NCBI GenBank assembly: GCA_050998795.1
Contig: JBPCPU010000079.1
Span: forward strand, 3,257-67,256
Source of the DNA: Pyrinomonadaceae bacterium
Lineage (GTDB): Bacteria > Acidobacteriota > Blastocatellia > Pyrinomonadales > Pyrinomonadaceae
Direction: 5' to 3'
Length of the DNA: 64,000 bases
Part shown: in pieces, positions 7,626-15,212 of the stretch
Layout: each line of letters starts with the position of its first letter
Numbering within the stretch: the stretch's first letter is position 1
Program-made: the position numbers and the translations under genes
The notes under the pieces: model-generated
The model's database searches: none
The model's input: the letters and a program-made list of their open reading frames with translations, nothing else
Told to the model about the DNA's origin: nothing

Positions 7626-9440
7626 ATGATTGTTTTTAGTGAAGCAATTGAAACCTCACGGTCAAAGAATAAAAGTGTTGAAATAAGGCTCAACGGACGG
7701 GCGGTTTCCAGAGGCGTTGCCATTGGAAAGGTCGTCTGCCTGCACGGTCGCAAACGACAATTTTATCGAATAAATCTGGAAATTTCGCAAATTGAGCGCG
7801 AAATTCGTCGTTTCCGTGCCGCCGTCCGGCTGGCTAAACGTCAATTAAAAAAAATTATTGTCAATAAATCTGAAACAAAAGCCAGCATTTTCGATACCCA
7901 TTTTTTAATTTTTGAAGATAAATCCTTACTTTCCAAAATCGAAGAACATATCAAAACCCGGAAGGTTAATGCGGAATGGGCGGTTAAAATTATCACCGAC
8001 GGTTATATTATCAGCTATAAAAACATTTCCGACGAGCATTTGAGAGAGCGTTATATTGATTTGGAAGATGTTGCCGAACGACTGCAAACGGCTTTGGGCG
8101 GCGGTGGAAAACCAGCTATCCGATTGGAAAAAAATTCAATAATTGTTGCAAAAGAAGTAAAACCTTCAACGCTGATTGAACTGGTCGAAAGCCATCCGCA
8201 AGCAATAATCACCGAAAACGGCGGTTGGACATCGCACACTTTTATCCTGGCGAGAGAGTTGAATTTGCCTTCGATTACGGGCGTTAAAAGAATTTTGCGG
8301 CGTGTTCAAACCGGTGACGAGGTGGTTGTTGATGCTTTTAGCGGGCAGATAATCTTAAACCCGAATGAAATTACTCGTGCAAAGTATAAAGTTGCGACAA
8401 TCGAGTTTGAGCAAAAAAGTTTTGAGAAAGCCGAAGTCGTTAAAGGCAAAACAAAAACGCTCGACGGAAAAATGATAAAAGTTCGTGCCAATCTTGATTT
8501 GCCGAAAGGCTATTCGGAGGCAAAAAGGTTGGGAGTTGACGGCATCGGGCTTTATCGTTCCGAATTTTTGTTTAATCAATATAAAGGATTTCCGACGGAA
8601 AATAAACAAATTGAAGCCTATCGAAAAATCGCTAAATTGGTCGGCGACGAAGGCGTGAGAATTCGCACTTTCGATTTGAGCGTGGAACAATTGTTGGACG
8701 AAACAGAGGAAAAGGAAAAAAACCCCGCCCTCGGATTGCGGGCAATCCGCCTGAGTTTGACTCATTTGCGACAATTTCGCATCCAACTTCGCGCTCTTCT
8801 GCAAGCTGCCGCCGAAAATAATATCAGCGTCGTCTTGCCGATGATTTCCGATGTTGCCGAAATTTTGCGGACAAAAAAAATTTTGGAACGCGAAAAACAA
8901 AGACTGCGAAAAAAGAAAATCGAGTTTGGAGATTTACGACTCGGCGCGATGATAGAAGTTCCTTCGGCGATTTTGACGATTGACGAAATCGCCGCCGAAA
9001 GTGATTTTTTATGTTTGGGAACAAACGACCTGGTGCAGTATTTATTGGCAGTTGACCGCGATAACGAAACGGTTGCCGATTGGTTCCGCACCCTTCATCC
9101 GTCGGTTTTGCGCTCAATAAAAATAGTTGTCAAAGCGGCTGAAAATGCGGAAATTCCGGTTATCGTTTGCGGCGAAATGGCTGGTTCACCGCTTTATGTG
9201 CCGATTTTAATCGGACTTGGCGTAACCGAATTGAGTATGAACATTAATTCAATCCCGCGTGTTAAAAAAATTATCTCCCACATCGCCTTTGAAGAAGCGC
9301 ACGAAATTGTAAAAAAATTAGAAGATTGTAAGACTCACGATGAAACTGAAAATCTGGTTTATAAGTTATTTTCAGAAAAATGGTCGCATTTATTTCCCGC
9401 TTCCATCGTGCCTCCAAAAATAAAACAGGGCAAAATATAA
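7626..9440 (+). CDS. ptsI: Phosphoenolpyruvate-protein phosphotransferase (PTS enzyme I family)
   Basis: 604 aa. It has the phosphohistidine region ENGGWTSHTFILARELNLPSI and a C-terminal PEP-utilising TIM barrel (GIGLYRSEFLF, LGTNDLVQYLLAVDRDN, VCGEMAG). Confidence 0.85.
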   Translation: MIVFSEAIETSRSKNKSVEIRLNGRAVSRGVAIGKVVCLHGRKRQFYRINLEISQIEREIRRFRAAVRLAKRQLKKIIVNKSETKASIFDTHFLIFEDKSLLSKIEEHIKTRKVNAEWAVKIITDGYIISYKNISDEHLRERYIDLEDVAERLQTALGGGGKPAIRLEKNSIIVAKEVKPSTLIELVESHPQAIITENGGWTSHTFILARELNLPSITGVKRILRRVQTGDEVVVDAFSGQIILNPNEITRAKYKVATIEFEQKSFEKAEVVKGKTKTLDGKMIKVRANLDLPKGYSEAKRLGVDGIGLYRSEFLFNQYKGFPTENKQIEAYRKIAKLVGDEGVRIRTFDLSVEQLLDETEEKEKNPALGLRAIRLSLTHLRQFRIQLRALLQAAAENNISVVLPMISDVAEILRTKKILEREKQRLRKKKIEFGDLRLGAMIEVPSAILTIDEIAAESDFLCLGTNDLVQYLLAVDRDNETVADWFRTLHPSVLRSIKIVVKAAENAEIPVIVCGEMAGSPLYVPILIGLGVTELSMNINSIPRVKKIISHIAFEEAHEIVKKLEDCKTHDETENLVYKLFSEKWSHLFPASIVPPKIKQGKI

Positions 9441-9615
9441 TAAAAACTAAAAAAAACAATCCTTTGCGCTTTTATAAAAGCACAGGCGTTAATGCCTTTG
9501 CTTAAAAAGAACTTGCTCAAAAGTGATTTGTGGTTTATCTTATTTACGAATACACCTAACTTAAAATCCGAGCAAAGCAATTTTCAAAATAATTGTTCTG
9601 AAATTTTTGTGAGTT

Positions 9616-10677
9616 ATGAATAAAACTTTGCTAAAAAACATTGTCTTTACCTGTCTGTTGGTTAGTTTTGCAGCAGTCGGTGATAATTTTGCCCAAACTC
9701 AATCAGAACCTGTCAAACAGGTAAATTTTCGATATTCTCAAAATCCGAAAACGAAATCTAAAACTGAAAATCAAAAATCTACTGCTAATGCGCCAAAAAT
9801 TAATTCTACATTAAAAAGTGTTGAAGAAAATTTAGCTGATAATGAAACAAAACAAAACACTGATTTTGAAAGTCGTTCAGTCGCCGCTAAAACCCTTGAA
9901 GTTGCCAAACGCGCCAACACGGTTGCGGTTTCGCCCACCGAAGTTTATAAAATCGGAATCGGTGATGTTTTGTTAATCAGTTTGCAAAACGCGCCGGGCA
10001 AAGCCGCAAACTATTTTACGGTTTTAACCGACGGGACAATTGATTATCCATTGGCGGGCGAAATGGTTTCGATTCAAGGTTTAACCGCCGAAGAAGCCGA
10101 AGATTTATTAAAGGAAAAGATAAAACTTTATGAAAACCCGCAAGTTGTCGTAAAAGTGCGCGAATTCGCCAGTCACACTTTTACCGTTCTCGGATTGGTA
10201 GAAAAAGCGGGTGAAAAATTTTTGCAGCGCGAAGCAATGCCGTTGTATGTTATACGCGCCGAAGCAATTGTTCAGCCGCGAGCAACCGCCGCATTTATCA
10301 AACGCGCCAATGCGGAAACCGAAAAAATTAATCTCAATGACCCGAAATCAGATGATATATTGATTTTTCCGGGTGATATTGTCGAATTTAAATCTATTGA
10401 AACCGATACCGTCAACGGTCAAACTCCGCAATTCTACTACATCGGCGGCAATGTCAATTCAGGCGGTAAAAAAGACTTTCATCAGGGAATTACGTTGACG
10501 CAGGCGATTTTGGCTTGCGGCGGTTTGCGAAGATCTAATGTAAAAAAGGTCGTTTTGCGGCGCAAAAATCAAGAAGGTTTGCTTTCGCCTTTGGAATTTG
10601 ATTTGAATGCTATTAAAAACGGCAACCAACCTGACCCGATTTTGCAGGCGGGCGATACGATTGAGATTGGGAATTAG
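9616..10677 (+). CDS. Polysaccharide export protein (Wza-like, Poly_export + SLBB domains), orphan copy
   Basis: 353 aa with a signal peptide. YKIGIGDVLLISL...DGTIDYPLAGEMVSIQGLT is the Poly_export motif, and the C-terminal GDTIEI is SLBB-like. Confidence 0.7.
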   Translation: MNKTLLKNIVFTCLLVSFAAVGDNFAQTQSEPVKQVNFRYSQNPKTKSKTENQKSTANAPKINSTLKSVEENLADNETKQNTDFESRSVAAKTLEVAKRANTVAVSPTEVYKIGIGDVLLISLQNAPGKAANYFTVLTDGTIDYPLAGEMVSIQGLTAEEAEDLLKEKIKLYENPQVVVKVREFASHTFTVLGLVEKAGEKFLQREAMPLYVIRAEAIVQPRATAAFIKRANAETEKINLNDPKSDDILIFPGDIVEFKSIETDTVNGQTPQFYYIGGNVNSGGKKDFHQGITLTQAILACGGLRRSNVKKVVLRRKNQEGLLSPLEFDLNAIKNGNQPDPILQAGDTIEIGN

Positions 10678-10720
10678 TTTATTGAGTTTGTTGAGTTTAT
10701 TGAGTTTGTTGAGTTTATTA
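10676..10720. repeat. Tandem 9-mers (gagtttatt/gagtttgtt), left flank of the four-helix-bundle gene
   Basis: About five alternating 9-mer units start at the stop codon of the Wza-like gene. They are the approximate reverse complement of the array at 11113-11142. Confidence 0.85.
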
Positions 10721-10742
10721 CATCAAGAAAAAAGAAAAGAAT

Positions 10743-11111
10743 ATGACAACTTTCAAAAAATTTGAAGGTATTCAAGCGTGGCAAAAGGCTCGACAAGCGA
10801 CAAAAAAGATCTATGAAATTACGAAAAACAAAAATTTTGCGAGAGATTTTGGTTTGTCCGACCAAATTCGACGTGCTTCAGTTTCGGTTATGTCAAACAT
10901 AGCGGAGGGAAACGGAAGAAAAACAAACAAAGACTTTGCAAATTTCCTGGTTATTTCACACGGTTCGGCGGCTGAGGTACAGTGCCAATTATATGTAGCT
11001 CTTGATTTAGATTATGTCAGTAGACAAGAATTTTCTGAGATTTATCAATTATTTGACGAGGTTTCACGGATGACAATGGCTCTTTGCCAACATCTTCTTA
11101 AAACTTCTTAA
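10743..11111 (+). CDS. Four-helix-bundle protein (23S rRNA intervening-sequence protein / Avd-like family)
   Basis: 122 aa. FEGIQAWQKARQATKKIYEIT...LSDQIRRASVSVMSNIAEGNGRKTNKDFANFLVISHGSAAEVQCQLYVALDLDYV is the canonical pattern of this family. Confidence 0.9.
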   Translation: MTTFKKFEGIQAWQKARQATKKIYEITKNKNFARDFGLSDQIRRASVSVMSNIAEGNGRKTNKDFANFLVISHGSAAEVQCQLYVALDLDYVSRQEFSEIYQLFDEVSRMTMALCQHLLKTS

Positions 11112-11112
11112 T

Positions 11113-11142
11113 CTCAAAAAACTCAAAAAACTCAAAAAACTC
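11113..11142. repeat. Tandem 9-mers (ctcaaaaaa x3 + ctc), right flank of the four-helix-bundle gene
   Basis: The array starts 2 nt after the stop codon. It is complementary to gagtttatt/gagtttgtt at 8 of 9 positions per unit. Confidence 0.85.
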
Positions 11143-11200
11143 TACAAACCTAAATTGTAAATGTTGAACATTTTTTGTTAAGATATTTAAGCCTTGCAGA

Positions 11201-11608
11201 GGAACAAGTTGGGCAGTCGCTTTTACATCAAAAATAAAAGAGGAAAGTCCGAACACCGAAGGGCAGCGAGCCGGATAACATCCGGGCGTTTGATTTAAAT
11301 ATCGGACGACGACAAGTGCAACAGAGAACAGACCAGCCGAAAGGTGATGGGTGAAACGGTGCGGTTCAGAAATGAACTTAAAGTAAGAGCGCACCAGCGC
11401 GTTTGGTAACAAGCGCGGCTAGGCAAACTCCTCGCGGTGCAAGACCAAATAGGAAAACGCTTTTTAATTGAATTGCCCGTTCAAAAGTTCGGAGAAATCC
11501 GAACGGCGTTTTCGGGTAGGTCGCTCGAGCTGTTTGGCAACAAACAGCCTAGATGAATGATTGCCGTCTGTTTTTACAGATACAAAACTCGGCTTACAGA
11601 CTTGTTCC
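11201..11608 (+). ncRNA. rnpB: RNase P RNA, bacterial type A
   Basis: The 5' ggaacaagttgggcagtcgc pairs with the 3' acagacttgttcc (P1). Conserved GAGGAAAGTCCGAACACC (P4 5' strand) and ACAAAACTCGGCTTACAG (P4 3' strand) are present, with gggtgaaacggtg and gtaagagcgcaccagc in the specificity domain. Confidence 0.9.
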
Positions 11609-11664
11609 AAATGCCTGGCTTTTTATAAATTTTTATTTGAATCGAAGGAGTAGACAAATTTTTT

Positions 11665-11934
11665 ATGGCAAACCGTAAAGGTGTATTTATCGGGGCGTAT
11701 GTTCCGAATGAGTTAAAAGAATCTCTGCGTCGAAGGGCGGCAGCGGAGCATCGGACGCTTTCGCAGGAAATTACGCGAATTTTGGTCGAAGCCGTTCACG
11801 GTAAAGGTTTACCGGCGGGAAGCGTTGACCGCCGAACGACAAACGCGATTCCGCGCCGCCGTGCGACCGACCCGCCAACCCGTCGCCGCGCCGAAGATTT
11901 ACCGTTTATTGCACACAATGAAGAGGAAAAATAA
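11665..11934 (+). CDS. Ribbon-helix-helix (CopG/Arc-like) DNA-binding protein with Arg/Pro-rich tail
   Basis: 89 aa. GVFIGAYVPNELKESLRRRAAAEHRTLSQEITRILVEAV fits a beta-strand/helix/helix RHH layout. No partner toxin gene is visible. Confidence 0.45.
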   Translation: MANRKGVFIGAYVPNELKESLRRRAAAEHRTLSQEITRILVEAVHGKGLPAGSVDRRTTNAIPRRRATDPPTRRRAEDLPFIAHNEEEK

Positions 11935-11957
11935 TTTATTCGGTTTGAGGATTATAA

Positions 11958-11999
11958 AAAGCGTTGTCGAAATCTAAACGGCGACGCTTTTCGCTTTTT
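11958..11999 (+). terminator. Rho-independent terminator after the RHH gene
   Basis: The stem is agcgttgtcg / cggcgacgct (with G-U pairs), the loop is aaatctaaa, and tttcgcttttt follows. Confidence 0.6.
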
Positions 12000-12027
12000 C
12001 TTGGTAGTTTTGTTAAAATTTTTGTGA

Positions 12028-12762
12028 ATGAACACAAGGATTTTTTGGCTTTCCATTATTGCCGTAATCAGCAGTTTTATCGGCGGTTTTTTGCTGGCAA
12101 ACGCTCTTAATAGAGGCGAAATAAATACGCTTAAAACCGAAAACGGGCGTTTGAAAAATGGTCAAAGTTCGGCAAATCGAGCGGATGCGGAATTATCTTT
12201 GTCGAGTGAGGAAATTCGCCAAAAAATTGCTGAAGCCGATCAAAATCCGAATAATTTTGCTTTTCAAAAAAATCTAGGAATCGCGCTTTATAATTATGCT
12301 TCGATGAAGCAGGATGCTGAATTGTTTGGCGAAATTTCAAGAATCTTAAATCGGGTTTTTGAAAATAATCCAAAAGATACGGATGTCGTGGTGACGCTCG
12401 GCAACATCAATTTTGATATTGGGTATTTGAAGAAAAATAACGAAAAGTTTCAAAAGGCGCGGGAATTTTATCAAAAAGCGTTGGAGCAGAAACCGAATGA
12501 CGCAAATATCAGAACGGATTTGGGTTTGACTTATTTTTTAACAAATCCGCCGGAAACCGACAAAGCAATTGCCGAGTTTCAAAAATCATTGAGTATTGAT
12601 TCAAAACACGAAAAGACTTTGCAGGTTTTGACGCAGGCATTATTGAGCCAAAACAAAGATGCGGAAGCCGAAAAATATCTTGCCCGATTGAAAGAAGTTA
12701 ATCCGAATAATCAAATCTTGCCCGAATTGACGGCGCAGCTTAATCAGAAGAATAACTTATAA
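12028..12762 (+). CDS. Membrane-anchored TPR-repeat protein
   Basis: 244 aa. An N-terminal TM helix (IFWLSIIAVISSFIGGFLLANAL) is followed by TPR-like repeats (AREFYQKALEQKPNDANIRTDLGLTYF, AIAEFQKSLSIDSKHEKTL). Confidence 0.65.
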   Translation: MNTRIFWLSIIAVISSFIGGFLLANALNRGEINTLKTENGRLKNGQSSANRADAELSLSSEEIRQKIAEADQNPNNFAFQKNLGIALYNYASMKQDAELFGEISRILNRVFENNPKDTDVVVTLGNINFDIGYLKKNNEKFQKAREFYQKALEQKPNDANIRTDLGLTYFLTNPPETDKAIAEFQKSLSIDSKHEKTLQVLTQALLSQNKDAEAEKYLARLKEVNPNNQILPELTAQLNQKNNL

Positions 12763-12763
12763 A

Positions 12764-13057
12764 ATGACAAAATTGTTAATTTTACTTATTTTGCTTTTGG
12801 TCGTGGCTTCGATGATTGCTTTGCGTTATCGCCGCCAAATCCAAACCGCGCTGTATGTTTGGCGAATGTTTAGAAAAATGCGTCAAATGGATAAACCTCA
12901 GGAAAAACAAATCGAGAAAAAAGAAAATGCAAAAGATGTCCAACTTATCAGATGTGCGAAATGCGGAACTTGGATTCCGCAAAAAAACGCTCTGAATTTG
13001 CGTTCAAAAGCGTTTTATTGTTCGACAAATTGTATGGAAAATGCGGTTGCGAGATAA
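12764..13057 (+). CDS. Small membrane protein with C-terminal Cys4 zinc-binding motif (PP0621-like)
   Basis: 97 aa. It has an N-terminal TM helix and a C-terminal CAKCGTWIP...FYCSTNC motif. Confidence 0.5.
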   Translation: MTKLLILLILLLVVASMIALRYRRQIQTALYVWRMFRKMRQMDKPQEKQIEKKENAKDVQLIRCAKCGTWIPQKNALNLRSKAFYCSTNCMENAVAR

Positions 13058-13127
13058 TTCAAGATTTAAGATTCCAAATCCATTCCTCAATCTTAAATCT
13101 TAAATCTTGAATCTTAAATCTTGAATC
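13057..13127. repeat. Heptamer-repeat hairpin (aagattt / aatctta, aatcttg) between convergent genes
   Basis: attcaagatttaagattc ... caatcttaaatcttaaatcttgaatcttaaatcttgaat. It uses the same unit family as the intragenic element at 2961-3081. Both convergent stop codons (13055-13057 and 13126-13128) abut its ends. Confidence 0.85.
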
Positions 13128-14022
13128 ATCCCGGTAAAAATGTTTCGATATACCACGAAACCATTTGTTCGCCGAATAATAACGCGACAATCGAACCGAT
13201 GCCGAGGAAAATTCCAAATGGAATTTGCGCTTGAAAATCCTTTTCCTTTTGACGGGAAATGACCAGCATTCCAACTACCGCGCCGGTAAATGCGCCGATA
13301 AAAATTGTCAAAAGCGTCAAACGCCAGCCGAGAAGCGCACCGACGGCGAACATCATTTTGACATCGCCCAAACCCATTGCTTCTACGCCGCGCAGACGTT
13401 TCCAAATTTCACCGACCAGCCACAAAGAACCACCGCCGACAAGTCCGCCCAAAACTGCGCCAAATAACGAAACCAGCCAAATCGGGTAATCTTCCATTTG
13501 ATTTAACGGAGATACTTTGAGGTCTGAAAAATATGAAGCAGACAGGAAAAGCGGAAAAATTAAGCGAACAAGCAATGCAAAAACAAGTAACGGATAAGTA
13601 ATGACATTCGGCAAAATCATATTTTCCGCGTCAATAAAAATCAACGCAATCATCGCAGCGGCAAATATCAATCCAACGGGCAGAAAAGGATTAAAGCCGA
13701 TTTGCCAAAAGACAAGCACAAAAAGTAACGCGGTCAGAAGTTCGACGGCAGGATAACGCGGTGAAATCGGATTTTTACAACTGCGGCATTTTCCGCTCAA
13801 TATCAGCCAGCTTAAGAGTGGAATGTTGTCGTAAGGTTTAATTGACTGTTTGCAGTTCGGGCAAGTCGAATTCGGGAAAACGATTGATTCTTCACGCGGA
13901 ACGCGGTGAATAACGACATTCAAAAAACTACCGACTAACGCGCCGAACACAAAAATAAAAAAATAACCAAAAATTTCAGGCAAACCTGTAATCATTGAAA
14001 AAGAAGATAAAAGAATGTGCAT
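13126..14022 (-). CDS. pilD: Prepilin peptidase / N-methyltransferase (A24 family)
   Basis: FGALVGSFLNVVIHRVP, CPNCKQSIKPYDNIPLLSWLILSGKCRSCKNPISPRYPAVELLTA and GLGDVKMM are the canonical PilD motifs. The track ORF extends to 14103; I prefer the ATG at 14022 (MHILL...), but the start is uncertain. Confidence 0.85.
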   Translation of the reverse strand: MHILLSSFSMITGLPEIFGYFFIFVFGALVGSFLNVVIHRVPREESIVFPNSTCPNCKQSIKPYDNIPLLSWLILSGKCRSCKNPISPRYPAVELLTALLFVLVFWQIGFNPFLPVGLIFAAAMIALIFIDAENMILPNVITYPLLVFALLVRLIFPLFLSASYFSDLKVSPLNQMEDYPIWLVSLFGAVLGGLVGGGSLWLVGEIWKRLRGVEAMGLGDVKMMFAVGALLGWRLTLLTIFIGAFTGAVVGMLVISRQKEKDFQAQIPFGIFLGIGSIVALLFGEQMVSWYIETFLPG

Positions 14023-14146
14023 TAAGACCTCGATAAAAGATAGGAATTTGCCGAGAAAAGTCGGAGGGACAAAGAGATGTTTCAAACATCTCTTTTTTAT
14101 CATAACTTTTTAAGGCGGAAAGTAAAGGAAAAAATTATTCTCAAAT

Positions 14147-14842
14147 TTATCTGGTCGGACTGACGGTTGAATTATTGTTATTACCGCCGGATAAACTCAA
14201 TGCAGCAACGACGGCAACTGCACCGATCACTCCGAGAGTAATTAAAATTATATTACTTGAACCGGAGCCGCCGGCATTATCGTCTTTTTTGGCAGTTGAA
14301 TTAGTATTTCCGATTACATTCGGATATGTCTGTCCGGCGGCGAGCAAAATTCCATTAAATAAAACTTCGCCGGTTAAGGTTTTTACTTGAGTTTTATTGT
14401 TCACCAGATTTACGACGAAAACATTTTCTTGTGTAAGGTTGGAAGCAGTAATGGCTCCGTCGGCAGTTAAAATGTTGAATTTAGTAAAAGGTAAGGCATC
14501 AACGGTTAAATTACCTTGCAGAAAATCACCTGAAATGCTTGCATTATCAAAATATAAACTCATTTTGGAATTCGGTGCAATTTTGATAATACCGGTTTTG
14601 GCAAGCGAAATTTTAGCGGTTGTTTGCGCGGGAGTTTCAATTTCAGCCGGGGACATTATTGACCGACCGCTAATGACACGCTCGCCATTAATAGTTACAA
14701 ATTGTTCGCCGCTCGCCGAAGCACTGCTTTCAATAGTTAAATCACCGAGCAGCTTTTCTTGAGCAAGCACAAATTGTGGTAAAGCGAAAAAAATCAAACC
14801 TAAAAAGACGATAGTAAATATTTTGTGAATTGAAGGTTTCAT
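14147..14842 (-). CDS. Secreted/anchored hypothetical protein, FecR-like beta region, C-terminal TM helix
   Basis: 231 aa. It has a signal peptide (IFFALPQFVLAQE), a FecR-like stretch (TTAKISLAKTGIIKIAPNSKMSLYF) and a C-terminal hydrophobic helix (ILITLGVIGAVAVVAALSL). Confidence 0.35.
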   Translation of the reverse strand: MKPSIHKIFTIVFLGLIFFALPQFVLAQEKLLGDLTIESSASASGEQFVTINGERVISGRSIMSPAEIETPAQTTAKISLAKTGIIKIAPNSKMSLYFDNASISGDFLQGNLTVDALPFTKFNILTADGAITASNLTQENVFVVNLVNNKTQVKTLTGEVLFNGILLAAGQTYPNVIGNTNSTAKKDDNAGGSGSSNIILITLGVIGAVAVVAALSLSGGNNNNSTVSPTR

Positions 14843-15212
14843 AAATTAATTTTTTAACCGTTAATTATATTTTCAAAAAATTGTCCAAATTAATACTAAA
14901 ATGCAATTGAATAAAATTTAGAAAACGAATATGGCAACTTATTTTTATAAATAATTACCGGAAATGGTATGTTAAATGAGATTATACAAGCATTTTTTTA
15001 CAATAACAATAGATTAAAGATGCTTTTCAGATAACTTTGCCAATCTCCAAAAATCATTTTGCCGATACTTACAATAAAAAATTTGCAACGCTTTCATTAA
15101 TCGTCTGCGTCTATGTAGTTACCAACGATGCGCTTGGGTTTAGAAATTTTATTGAATTTGGTTGTGCAATAGATTACTTAAATTTTATGTAAATTATTGT
15201 CGGGTGATTAAT

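Noticed and set aside
8355-8900. 181-aa minus-strand ORF (and neighbours 8762-9091, 8824-9117) inside ptsI
   Set aside because: It is antisense to a well-supported 604-aa enzyme I gene. The basic, low-complexity translation is typical of the shadow frame of an AT-rich gene.
11098-11412. 104-aa minus-strand ORF
   Set aside because: It lies antisense over the RNase P RNA gene (11201-11608) and the 9-mer array. It has no RBS and an odd composition. The rnpB assignment explains the region.
13059-13405. Minus-strand ORFs 13059-13274 and 13100-13405 containing DSRFKIQDLRFKI-like peptides
   Set aside because: They are out-of-frame readings of the pilD 3' region that run into the heptamer hairpin. 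The peptide repeat is a by-product of the DNA repeat.
14147-14842. C-terminal TM helix protein as a PEP-CTERM/exosortase substrate
   Set aside because: There is no P-E-P motif before the helix and no Arg-rich tail of the expected form. No exosortase gene is in the window.
15162-15212. N-terminal extension of the Ser/Thr kinase from TTG 15162
   Set aside because: The ATG at 15213 begins the conserved MKICSVCQRCY motif. The extension is AT-rich and has no RBS.
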